Below the pieces are notes generated by a model, which saw only the letters and a list, made by a program, of their open reading frames with translations, ran no database searches and was not told the DNA's origin. A DNA stretch of 64,000 nt from Chiloscyllium plagiosum (Eukaryota): the NCBI RefSeq assembly GCF_004010195.1, contig NC_057758.1:2454205-2518204 (forward strand), given 5' to 3'. The position numbers were made by a program, and so were the translations under genes. Positions 40,500 through 52,085 of this stretch are shown here, one piece after another. How positions within the stretch are numbered: position 1 is the first letter of the stretch; each line of letters opens with the position of its first letter.

Positions 40500-42600
40500 A
40501 GGTGAAGATATGTAGCTAAGATTTTGGTTGATGTTGTTAGTCGGTTCACCGAGCCTGTTAACATTTTGAAAACGTTTTCTCTCCTAACTAGGTGACAGTT
40601 TCCGTGCTGTGTAGCCTTCGGGTGAAGACCTGTTGTCTTGATCTACCTAAAAAGTGTACAGTTCTGTCTATCAATATGGTTGATTCTATTTCCGGTTTGG
40701 TACTGACGTAGCCTGTAGATGGGGTCTATAGAACTTTTTTTTATGGTACCAAGGATCAATACCAAGCTTTTCTTTGTTTTGCCTGTCCCAGTATTGTAAA
40801 GTTGTCCCAGTTGAATTGATGCCCTTCATTGTCAGTGCGTATTGATGTGAGGGAAAACTGATCATGTCTATTTATTGCAAGCTGATGGTCATGTATTCTG
40901 GTGACGAGTTTCCTGCACGTTTGTCCTATGTAGTAGTTTTCTTGCAGTTGCTGCGTGGTATTTTGTATATATCACGTTCGTCCTGTCTGGTGTGGAGATG
41001 GGTTATTTTGTCGTGAACAGTGGCTAGCAAAATGTGGCTATTGGTTTGTGCACAATCGTTATTCCCTGAGGGCGGAGGAGTTAAGAAGTCAGTTCTGAGA
41101 TGTTCCTTATATACGGTAGAGTGGTCAGAGTGTTGGAGCATACAGTATTTTCATGATGTTGTTTGTACGCCAGGCATCACGTGATAAAGCTGCTCGGATA
41201 CCTATTATTAGCGATGACGTTGTACAGGTATTCCATTTCTTTTTGCAGAGTTCTGGAGTGTTATAGTGTATTATGACTCGTTTATATAGAGTTTTGATAC
41301 AGCTTTGTTTGTCAACATTGGGATGGTTCCTCTTGTAGTTGGGAATCTGGTCTATTGTTGTAGCTTCTCTGGTAAAGAGTTCACTGTTGTTTTTTCGTTC
41401 TACAAGTACGTCTAAGAACAATATTTGGTTGTTCTTCTTTTTTTCTCCAGTAAAATTGATCCTGCGGAGTATGCAGTTAATAAGATCGTGAGAGCTTTCT
41501 AACATGGACACTTTCATGCTAACACAGAAATCGTCCATGTACCTGATCGACAGTTTGGCCTGGATCTGGGAGAGGGCTGGGCTTTCTAGTCTATGTATTA
41601 CTGCTTCAGCAATGAGCACCGAAATGATTGAGCCCATGCATGTCCCAATAATTTGCTCATATTAATGGCCAAAAAAGACAAAGTTTGTATTCAAGGTCCA
41701 GTAATTTCAGCATATATTTCTTTGTTGGTGGTTTCATTGGTGGTCTGTGTTATCCGTTTGTCCAGAAGTGCGGTCAGTGTTTCCTTTGTCAGTGTTACAT
41801 TGATAGAGGTGAATAATATTGTTTGATCAAAAGCGGCCATTACTTCATCCTTGTCGATTTTGTATTTCTGATGTTGTTGAGCAATTTCTGTGCTGAGCGA
41901 ATGTGTGTGTTGAACTTACAATGAGCTGTTTCAGTCTGCAGTGCAGCTCTTTGGCTGTCCTGTGTCTTTACGTGCCATGAAGGGAGACGATGGGTCAAAG
42001 GGGAATGCCTGCTTTGTGCACTTTGGGGGGTTCCATGAAAGCAAGGATGTTTGACCTCGATGTTTCATTAATTGAACATTTTTTCTTTGTACTTGTCCTG
42101 CTTTTTTCTCGTTTCTTTAGTGTGTAGGTAATCTTGTTCACTGATTGTCATGTGGGGTCCGACTCTCTCTGCTGGTAAGTGTTAGTATTAGCAAGCAGTT
42201 TTTATACTTTTGCAATGTAATCTGATTTATTTATTAGTATTGTCAATCGAGCTTTTTTGGCTGACAGTATCACTATGGTCCTATCATTTTTATAATGCAT
42301 GAAGGGCTTTTCTCTTGGAAGTATTGCTTCTTTTAGATTGGTTAGTGTGGGGAATGTGGTCTGTTGGATGATCTGTTTTGTTTCCTATGTCGGTCGATTG
42401 GATTTCAGTGTACTGTTTAGTGCTGTCAGAAAATCTGTTTTGTTGGCGTCCCTGTAGTTGTTGATATACTATAGTTCTCGTTTTGTGTACCTCAGTAAGA
42501 CCACATGTGGATGTCCTACTGTTTCTGACTGTTAACAACAATAACCCTATTTCTCTTTTTATTCTCTCTTCTACCTCCATTGTTCCCATGTATTTTAGAA
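40500..42600 (-). mobile_element. Penelope-like element (RT plus GIY-YIG endonuclease), degraded
   Basis: MGSIISVLIAE, RYMDD and LFLDVLVE (41125-41637); IYKIP..C..GQT GIY-YIG motif at ~40920-40975; AAFDQTILFTSI motif at ~41800. Confidence 0.85.
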
Positions 42601-42899
42601 GAAATGTGACACCATCTGATTATTGTGTTTCAGTGATGAACAAGGGGACCAGCCCACTCTTCCAAGTGTGCTGTTTACTTTTCTGACATCAAAGAAGAAA
42701 AGACAACATGCAACGCTGGAAAGCATCTTAGTTTCCGAATGCAAATATCTGTCATGCAGCAATGTACGCTTCATTTGATAGTGTTAATCCAATGAGCCCT
42801 ATAACATTGCTTTCTCAGTCGTGTGAACAAATCTGAGTGACACTGACAAGCATTGATTGCTAGTACGGCATTTCACATTCAAATCATTGTCGCAACATC

Positions 42900-44195
42900 A
42901 TGACAGAGTGGAACGAGGAGGTCATAAACTGGGCAAAGAAGATTGATGGCCTTCTCATCGCAGCAGCTTAGCTGCTGGACAGGTCTTTAGTTCGGCCACA
43001 GCTCGGGGGCCGTGTGCATTTCCGGTCTCAACTTGATAGAAAGGATATGAAGGGCTTGCAGAGAGTGCAAAAGCGTTTAACAGGATGTTGCATGGAGTGG
43101 ATTATACCAACCTTTAGGACAGTTGGGGTTCTATTTCGCTAGAATTTCAGAGATGATAAGAGACGTGAATACATCAGTTTACCAGAATTCATTTTTTTTA
43201 AATCCAGGATGGAAATGTCAAATGTAGCGGGCATGGGCTTAAGATGAGAGGGGAAAAGTAGAAATAAGATGTATGAGGAAAGATTTTTACACAAAAGTTG
43301 ATAGGTGTCTGGAGCACGCTGCCACGAGAAGGTCGTAGAAATGGACATTATAGCAAAGGTGAGGAGGCATTTAGATAGACACATGAAAGGGCAGAAAATA
43401 GTGGTCTAAAGATCATGTGCAGGCATAAGGAAGTAGTTCAGAATGTCATCACGATAGGCACAGATATGATCGACAGAAAGGCCTGTTCCAGTGTTGAGCT
43501 GCTCTGTGTTCCATGCAACAATTTATTTATGAAGAGACTTTAAGTATGTTTGGGCTGTTTTCTTTGGAGCAGAAAAGGTCTTGAGACCTAAAGGATTATG
43601 AGGGATATTGATAGAAGGAATAGAAAGCAGCTGCTCCCCTGAGTTGGCACGTTTTGAAATTGAAAGATCAGTAACTTGAGAATAGCATAGTGAGTAAGTA
43701 TTGTTGGCTCACAGCGCTAGGGATCCTGGATCCATTCCTGGGTTTGCGTGGGCTTCCTCTCACAGTCCAAAGATATACAGGTGAAGTGGATTGGTCATGC
43801 CAAATTGTCCATAGAGGGAACTGTTGTGTTACAGAAATGGCGTGCGTCTGGGTAGGAAGCTTTTCTGAGGGCTGGCGGGGGCATGATGGGTCAAATCGAC
43901 TGCTTCCAACCTGGAGAAGCATTTGCTCTGATTCCATGGCTAAGAGGGCAGTTGAGGAGGTACGTTTTCACCCAGAGGGTGATGAGAGTCTGAAATACAC
44001 TGCCTGGGTGCATAGCTGAGCTGGAAAATCTTTCAAACATCAAAAATATCTTGGCTAAGCCATTTGAAATGCCTGAGCATTCAAATCTGCTGGTTAAATT
44101 TTGGACCATAGGACGAATGTAGATTTCAAGTATTATCTCGCAGTTTAGAATCGACTGGATGGGTGGACCTCTTCGGTACTTCCATATTCTATGAT
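42900..44195 (+). mobile_element. Old CR1 3' fragments and a diverged HE1-like SINE (~43690-43910)
   Basis: LVRPQL, RVQKRLTGC and FTQRV-like text. Confidence 0.6.
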
Positions 44196-45439
44196 TATGT
44201 GCTTGTACATACACAAACCATAGCTTTCAGGTAACGTCGCTGGCTCAGTCTGCACCCTTCTCTTTGGGGTATGCTGTTCCACTCAGACAACGTGTACTGC
44301 GCTGTAATGTTCTACATTCTATACTCATTCTAAACTCACTCCTCAGCCTTTGACCTCCAGGGAAAACAGCACCAGCCAATTTAGCCTCTCCCTCTATTAA
44401 AAAAAAAACACCTTTAATTGTGGATGGGCTTAAACATCGAATGGAAAGCATTAATTTTACGATCACTTTATGATCTATCTGGCTGATCGTACTTTGTTGT
44501 AGCTTCTGCGCTTGTACAATACCTCCGGGAATCCCGGTGCATTTTTACAAATGGTGGGGCAGACGTACTTTTTTTTATTGTTCTTCAAGAATCACCATGT
44601 GGTAATTGAATCTGCTCAAAATGAGGTCGTGATTATTAGCAGTTGCTACGGGTGTTATGCTGTCACCGATGCATTCCCTGTTTCTCTTTATAAGGAACTA
44701 CCTCTCATCGAGTTCAATCACTGGCTTAGGGAGACCTCTATGTCACCTCCTAAACTGACAGAAAACTGCAGCTCAAGACAGAGGGCGAAGGTCGAATGGA
44801 ATCTCAAAGATTGCAACAGGAATGGATGGGGATTTGGGATCAAAGCTTCCCAATGTTCCAAAAGTGTAAAAATCATTCCCATTTATGAGAATCATATTCA
44901 GATGGATTTTCAATCGCTGATCCATTGGTTGGTTCTAATTAATGAACATTTTTACGATCCCCTTTTGGCCATTTTCGGGGCCCAAGGTAACTGTTTTCAG
45001 TCATTGATTGATGCTGGGCGGCAGGCTATACTGCAAGAAATCGATTTTCTTTCAGTGCACCTCCTTCTGGGGTTATAATGACCACGTATAACCAGGCTAC
45101 TATCCTTTTAATGTACTCTCTCAGAAGTACTTCAAACAGGAATAGCAAGCCAAACCAAGCCAACCACTCTATCCCTGGATTCGCAACACAGTCAATTTAA
45201 AATGTTCAATAACACTCAAAAATTTCCCAACTGTTCCTAATCAAATCCTCGAATAACTGAATTTGTTTACAACCTTCATTACTGAAACAAGAATATCAAT
45301 TCATTATTCATACTGTACCTTTGGCAATGACTGTGATTTAATCATGTGTGAGATGGGCAGTGATTAGTTGGCAAGTGCGCTCTGATTGTACACTGATGCT
45401 GCCTTGTGGAGGTGGTGTCGAGTCAATGTTTTAGTGTTT

Positions 45440-46480
45440 AATCGTGCCCACCTCTCCCTGAACAGCTCAACGGTGTTGGTGGACACCGCATGCTCCTTCT
45501 GCAAAGACACTCGGGCTCTAAAATAACTGCGGAAGAGGGGTAGGCATCGGCCCAAACGACCCCCTCCACAGCCCGCTGCCTGGACCTCTTTATGGCCAGA
45601 TTGGCCAGGCCCAGGAGCAGACCCAAGAGGAGGTCGTCAGACCTGCCCACTCCCCTCCTTACCAGGTGCCCGAAGACCAGGAGCGTGGGACTGAAGTGCA
45701 ACTAAAAGCAAAGAAGAAAATCAAAAAGGGATTGCAAGCGCCCACAACCAACATATAAATGGCACATGGATCCCACAGCACCACAGAGCACGCAGTTGGA
45801 CTGGGAGTCCGTGAACCACTGCAATCTGTGGTTGCAGGGGATCACTGCGTGCAGCACCTTCCACCCCAGATCCCTGAGAGATAAGGGGAGGACTCCCGTG
45901 TAGAGACCCCTCCACGGGGGACCCCACTTCCGGGTGAAAAATGGGCACGCCAAGGCGCGTTTGGACTGTGGATGAGGGAGAAGAGGTGGACGGTGCGCAG
46001 CAGCAGTCTGTACAGGGCCCACCGTGATACTTCCTTAAAAGGAACAAAACTAAAATTCCGGAGGCGGCTCAGGTTATGGGGCACAGGTTACATCAAGACT
46101 TTACTCGACCGAGGAGACAGTCAGCCGTTTGATTAAACACTAAAACATAGACTCGACACCACCTCCACAAGGCAGCATCAGTGTACAATCAGAGCTCACT
46201 TGCCAACGAATCACTGCCCCTCCATCTCTATTTTGATTATTCTCCACCCTCCCCTTCACAGTTTGATCACGCAGCATTGCCATTTGATGTGAAGGGCACT
46301 GCTTGTCACTGGCCACTTGGGTGTTTCCTTTCTTCCTGTGGTGGGCATTGAATAAAAATTTGTCCACCTTGTGTCTTTCACTGTGTCTCACACTGCACAC
46401 ACACAAAACATGGGTGCTAGAGAAAAATAAGCACTACCACAGTTAGGTGGTAGTGTGGGAGTTTTAGAAAAGAAATAAAC
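45440..46480. mobile_element. Tx1 (L1-clade) non-LTR element: ORF2 C-terminus on minus (45444-46090) and extreme 3' end/UTR on plus (~46218-46480)
   Basis: zf-RVT-like DLGWKVLHAVIPCNHRL...CVLCGAVGSMCHLYVGC and LLLGLANLAI...FRERWA; GC-rich. The plus piece has AATAAA and an A-rich end. Confidence 0.8.
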
Positions 46481-46649
46481 CGTGTTGATGCAATGGAATT
46501 CCTACATTCTGACCTGCTGGTGTAACACCCGGTTATTCAGGTTCAGATAGAAATGAATGGCCCACGACAAGATGTATATTCTTCAGGATTCAATGATGGG
46601 AACGCCATTGAACGTCAAGATGGAGATGGCGCGTAGTGGTTTGATTTCA

Positions 46650-46870
46650 TTATGTTGGAATTAGGATTTTACTGAAGACTATGTGGTACGAATGTCTTTT
46701 GCCATCTGTCAGGAGAAGCATGACTGTTCCTACTGCATTTGGAGCACAAAACCTCCGAGTATATCCTAAGGCTGAAATATTTGCACTCATTTTCAGATGC
46801 GATCCATTTGTTGAAGGATCACCTAGCTCTGCATAAAAAAGTTTCTGCGGTATTATGTTGGTATTATAAA
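46650..46870 (-). mobile_element. Possible RTE LINE 3' fragment
   Basis: IIPQKLFYAEL resembles the RTE 'RLPKQLFYGEL' motif. Confidence 0.45.
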
Positions 46871-47071
46871 GATCCATTTCATGAGTGGTTGATGAGAAAC
46901 CCTCTTAAACTGTTGTGTTCCATCTATCCATTACATGATCTGTCTTTGTAGAGATAAAATCTTCATGACTGTGTGTTTGAAAATGTCCCAGTTTATAACT
47001 TGTGAGCATGGAGATAAGAAACTCTGTGTGACCAGCTCAGCCTTCTATGTGGCACTTTCTTGGACGGAAGT

Positions 47072-47386
47072 GGGCAGCACGGTGGCACAGTGGTTAGCAC
47101 TGCTGTCTCACAGCGCCAGAGACCCGGGTTCAATTCCCGCCTCAGGCGACTGACTGTGTGGAGTTTGCACATTCTCCCCGTGTCTGCGTGGGTTTCCTCC
47201 GGGTGCTCCGGTTTCCTCCCACAGTCCAAAGATGTGCAGGGTCAGGTGAATTGGCCATGCTAAATTGTCCGTAGTGTTAGGTAAGGGGTAAATGTAGGGG
47301 TATGGGTGGGTTTCGCTTCGGCGGGTCGGTGTGGACTTGTTGGGCCGAAGGGCCTGTTTCCACACTGTAATCTAATCTAATCTAAA
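47072..47386 (+). mobile_element. Full-length, young HE1 SINE
   Basis: Intact box A TGGCACAGTGG, box B GGTTCAATTCC and (TAATC)3 tail. Confidence 0.95.
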
Positions 47387-48349
47387 AAAAAGTGTGTGTT
47401 CATAATGTGTACCTATGTCTCCGTTTTTGTGCTTGTGTCTGCGTGTGTGGCAGTTATGTACATCATTATTTTTGCATGTATCTGACTCTTTGTGTCCAGT
47501 TTTGCCTGTAATGGGATGCACACTTGGAATGAATGAATAAGAATGTGACGAATCAAAGTCTCATTGTCTCTGTGTCGGTGCGTTTTGTGTTTTAAGTGAT
47601 GCAATGAAACCCTCGACTGCCCTTTCTACGGCACTTCAAAAACACATCATGCTTTTGTTCGGAGATAGCAGCAACGCCTCTGAACCTCACAGGTTGCTCA
47701 CTTTGAATACCCAATCTTCCAGTGGGATGGATCAATCCGCTATCACATTGATCATTCAGTTTTCCAGACGTGAAGGATGAAGCCCTCGTGGCATCGATCA
47801 CCAGGGGATGCACCAATCACCCATCACATTGATCCTTAATCCTTGTGGTATGAGGGGTGGATGAATTCTTCATTACATTAATCACGAGTCATGCAGGGAA
47901 TAGATCAATCCGCGATCAAAATCTCATTCATCTTCCCCGTGTCTCTCTATTTCTCCCTCTGAATCTTTCACTGTCACTCTTTCATTCCCTTGCACGTTTC
48001 TTTCTCTCCCCATTTACATTGCTGTGCTACTGTCCCATTTCTCCCGCTTGCTGCATCTCAATCCACTTTGCTGATTAAGAATCTGCTCCCTCTACTCCTC
48101 GCTTACACTCTATTCCTCAAGTATTTTCTTTTGCTGTATCTTGTGCTCTCTTTTTTTCATGAGTTGACACCATGCCCCTTCCTCGCGCCACCTCCCTGGC
48201 TATCTCGCCGTGTTTCTGTCTCCCTGCGTCATCCTGCTTCCCGGAATATTGAATATTTTTGATCGTCGGTGTTGCCAGTTTGTTAAAACTTTCCTGTGAA
48301 GTGGAACGATTCCTTTCACCAGTCGCCATCGAGTCTGAAACACGTCAGC

Positions 48350-48600
48350 AAAGTTGCAAGGAATGAACTGTCCCTGAATATAATCTAGCAACTCATTCCA
48401 CTCTCCGCTACCTTCCCCCGAGTCCCACCCCCTCTTATTTATTTCTCCATCGCCTCAGTTCACAAGCCTCATTCCTGATGAAGGACTCTTGACCAAAACA
48501 TTGATTCTCCTGCTTCTCTGATTCTGCCTGAGCTGCTGTGGTTTTCCAGCACCCCACTCTCGACTCTGATCTCCAGCGTCTGCATTCTTCATTTTCTTCG
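48350..48600 (+). mobile_element. Penelope-type terminal fragment with degenerate hammerhead motif
   Basis: CTGATGAAGGACTCTTGACCAAAACATTG at ~48476-48503; same family as 50996-51084. Confidence 0.6.
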
Positions 48601-48639
48601 AGCAGCTCATTGTCTATCTGTCCTTAACGTTCGCTATCA

Positions 48640-48955
48640 TATTAGATTAGATTACGGTATATATTAGATTACTTACAGTGTGGAAACAGGCCCTTCAGCC
48701 CATCGACTGCCGAAGCGCAACCCACCCAGACCCATTCCCCTACCTTTACCCCTTCACCCAACACTACGGGCAATTTAGCATGGCCCATTCACCTAACCTG
48801 CACATTTTTGGACTGTGGGAGGAAACCAGAGCACCCGGAAGAAACCCACACAGACACGGGGAGAATGTGCAAACTCCACATAGACAGTTGCCTGAGGCGG
48901 GAATTGAACCCGGGTCTCTGGCGTTGTGCTAACCACTGTGCCGCCGTGCCACCCA
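48640..48955 (-). mobile_element. HE1 SINE
   Basis: Conserved HE1 body on minus. Confidence 0.9.
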
Positions 48956-49140
48956 TAAACTCAGCCATCACTCGCTTGAAAAAGTAAAACTTGTGAAATG
49001 GTGTAGATATTATTTGAGAATAATAAATATAAAAATGTATTTACGAGTTTGCACACAATTCTACTTGTATTCGCTCTCCAAATCTATTGGGAATGTTTCA
49101 ATTTACATAGATGGATGCAGGCATCACTTGAAAGACAAGA

Positions 49141-52085
49141 CATGTTTCGTACACGCTTCAAGCTATGTAGGGCAGTTATTTTCCACTGCACGCAATTGTT
49201 GACGTCCTTGCTAAGTATCTCGACATAATTCCTGATTCTCTAACCCACAATTACAACCTTTCCTGCAAATATGCATGAAGCTGAAGCCAATATCTACACA
49301 TCCTGTCGAAAATGCTGATTCCTGTCCATTCACGCCTGGCACAAAGCACCACCCCCACCTCCCTCCTCTTCCAAAACTGGCCAACAGCTCAGTGGCAGTG
49401 TTCGCCATATGTGCCACTGCGAACCCAAGTTCATTTTCAGTCTCATACACTCTTCATGGTTGAGACTTTTGAACGTCGGTCTCTGCCCTCGTCTACTGCA
49501 TCTGTGCTCTTGATAGCCCCGCGTTTCTGTTCTGAATCTTGTCTTAGCTCTTCGAATGACAACCTGGATTTGACCAAACCCAAGACAATCATCTCTGTTC
49601 TTACTGCACTCCATTGGTTCTGCTTGGCACCTCAGTTTAAACATTTCCATTCTCTGCATTTGATTTTGCTCTGTGATTTCACCTGTGCAGTTCATTCCAC
49701 TCTCGGCACGATATATTCCCGCTACTACTTTGTTTATTTTCTATCAACCTTGTATGCAATCCCTAGTTTGAATTCAAATTGTTGCTCTCTGCCCTCGTAC
49801 ATACCCATGATTTTAACCATCACTGTGTCAACGCTACAGATGCTAGAATACTGAATGTTGGGCCACAAACAGGTATTTCAACCCCTATATTCACAAATTA
49901 AACCATCAGAGACGCCTAAGGTAATCACTGCAATGGTTCCTGAACGGATTTTTCAATACACTGAATTGCCAACTTTCAAATAATTTAATTCCAGACAACG
50001 ACGAAACGTAATACTGAAAAAATAATGCTGAACTGTTTATTAAACACAAAGTAACTGTAGTGGAGATAAAGTTAACCCCACGGCATCCTGATTAAGTCCA
50101 CGGCAAAACTGGCCAGATTCCTTAAAAGGCTTGTGGATATATTGCTTCAAAGGTATAAATGTAGAGTACTCGGTGATTTTTCTTGTAAATATTGATTAGC
50201 GCCATCGTCTCAATTCACTCAGGCAAAGACAGCAATGCTTCTAATTCAGCTTTCTGCCCTTTGAGATATTTAAAGATGCTATGTAAGGTCAGGGAGGGAA
50301 TTTTCTCGTCCTCTGTATCTCGCTCTTGCTCAGTGACTATTTATCTGATCCTCCACCTCTAGCTCTCCTTCTCTCCATCTTTATCTCTCATTGGAAGAAC
50401 ATGACTTCCAGCTTCATTCTCTATCCTTTCCATCTCCTCTGCCTCCAGACAAAATTCAGTTCTTTACCCAAGTAGTTATAGTAATCCCTGTTATCCCTCT
50501 CCCCTTGTCTCTTGCATTTTTTGGCTTCCTCCCATCACCTCTAGATCCCCTCTCGCTCCTTCTCAATTCTCCCTCTACACTTTCAGCCATGATTCTTGCA
50601 AATATCTTGAATTGAACCAATGTGGCAGACAGCCCCCTTTCTCCCTTCATGAGGGAAATGCTTCACGATATTACATGATGTGTTCGCACAGTGAAAAATC
50701 TCAATCTGTCAACAATCTGCTGAGACCCAAAGCTAGCTGCCAAATTAAATCATTATCACAGTGACATTGCAACATTGAATGGCCCTCAAAATGATCCAAT
50801 TGCTCCTAGCCAGACTTCATAAAGGACTGATGAACAACACAATGTTTAAAACTCCAGCAATAACTTAAAATTTATCAATAATGCTGTAAGTTTCGCAGAG
50901 TAAAGAAAAACAAAACGTGATCAAATTACAGCCTATGATTCGAACCCAATCTTCTTTGATTATAAGCACTGCAAGTAGACGGACACACTTAAGTGCCTGA
51001 GGAAGGGCTTATGCCCGAAACGTCGATTCTCCTGTTCCTTTGATGCTGCCTGACCTGCTGCGCTTTTCCAGCAACACATTTTCAACACTTAAGTGTCAAA
51101 CTGATAAAGAAAAATAAGAGTTGCAATCTACCAGTTTGTGAACTGCATTAATGAATAAAATGAGGGTTTTATAGAATCCTTGAAAAATGTATGTTTTGCG
51201 TAGTGGATGATTGTGATCCTGTCTTAACGAAGCATGACCTCTTCAAGTGCATGAATCTTTATCGGCTGTCCGTGGCAGTGGCAGATCTACTGGTCGTTAC
51301 CTTTGATCTGATATTGATGCACATTCTGATTGTTCCGGGAACAGTTCTTTTTTCATGTTTTCCATCTCTATCTGAAAAATTCATATGGCCCTGCTTAAAG
51401 CAGCCTCTGACTGTTCTGCCTGCTGCTCACTGTTGCTTTCTCATTGGATTGATCTGTGGCCATTTCTGGACAGGAGCTGAAAAACAAATATTTTACACAA
51501 AAAATACCAATTGTAGTACTGGGAGCAGTGATTGTGCTAAACTGTGTAGACAACACATTCTGTTTCTTTCAATGTTAATGAGCAATGAAGGAACAATCTT
51601 GGTTCTGTGTTGTGAAATTACCTACTCTCGGTCTTAGGAGCCCTTGAGTTTCTCTAATACATTCTAACTCCAGGGTTTTCATTTGTACTGATTCTGTTGC
51701 TCGAAAGTTTCACTGTCAGACGCATTTACATCACAAACAGTGCCGGGAGGAGATTCTTGGCTTATAATTGCAGTGAGAGTCTAAGAGACCAGAGGTGGAG
51801 AGACACAGGAGGCCCATTATTTCCGTTGTTACCATCTCATCCAATTGCATTGTCCTATGGGCAACGTTAATGGTGTACTGCATATAGTACTGACTACAGA
51901 AATGGCAATATGCAAATAAGATTTTTTGACATTTTGCACGTGAACTTGGCTTCATGCGATAAATCCTAAGATGCTGCGTTAATTCTGTCTCTTCTGCCGT
52001 GATTCGGAGAATGTTTAGAGAGCAGTTGAAAAAAAAACTCTCAAATCTCCTTTCACTTTAATTAATCAATACATTCAACGATGAT
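49141..52085 (+). pseudogene. GPR139-like GPCR copy 2, unprocessed pseudogene (exon 1 remnant 49141-49210, exon 2 ~51204-52085)
   Basis: 49141-49210 reads HVSYTLQAM*GSYFPLHAIVDVL, aligning to copy 1 RVSYALQVIQGGYYPMLAIFGIP, with TAG at 49168 and the donor mutated to CTAAGT at 49211. Exon 2 aligns to 16271-17170 at DNA level (e.g. GTGGCAGATCTACTGGTCGTTAC, AGACCAGAGGTGGAGAGAC, CCTATGGGCAACGTTAA) with several frameshifts and stops. Confidence 0.9.
50996..51084 (+). mobile_element. 89-bp Penelope-derived insertion with hammerhead ribozyme core
   Basis: Flanked by the 11-bp duplication ACACTTAAGTG (50985-50995 and 51085-51095). Core CTGAGGA-A-GGGC TTAT GCCC-GAAA-CGTC at 50997-51024. Absent from the copy 1 intron. 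Confidence 0.8.

Noticed and set aside
47072..47145. tRNA-like A/B boxes as tRNA genes (also in the other copies)
   Set aside because: They are HE1 SINE heads attached to the SINE body and tail.
48240..48285. RNIEYF..IVGVA as another GPCR exon 1
   Set aside because: Needs a frameshift, has no convincing donor and lies in CT-rich sequence; the true copy 2 exon 1 is at 49141-49210.
49312..49854. 180-aa ORF in the copy 2 intron
   Set aside because: No recognisable motifs, and the paralogous segment (12890-13490) does not keep a matching long frame.
51191..51637. 148-aa ORF as a functional protein
   Set aside because: Drifts in and out of the GPCR frame; part of the copy 2 pseudogene.
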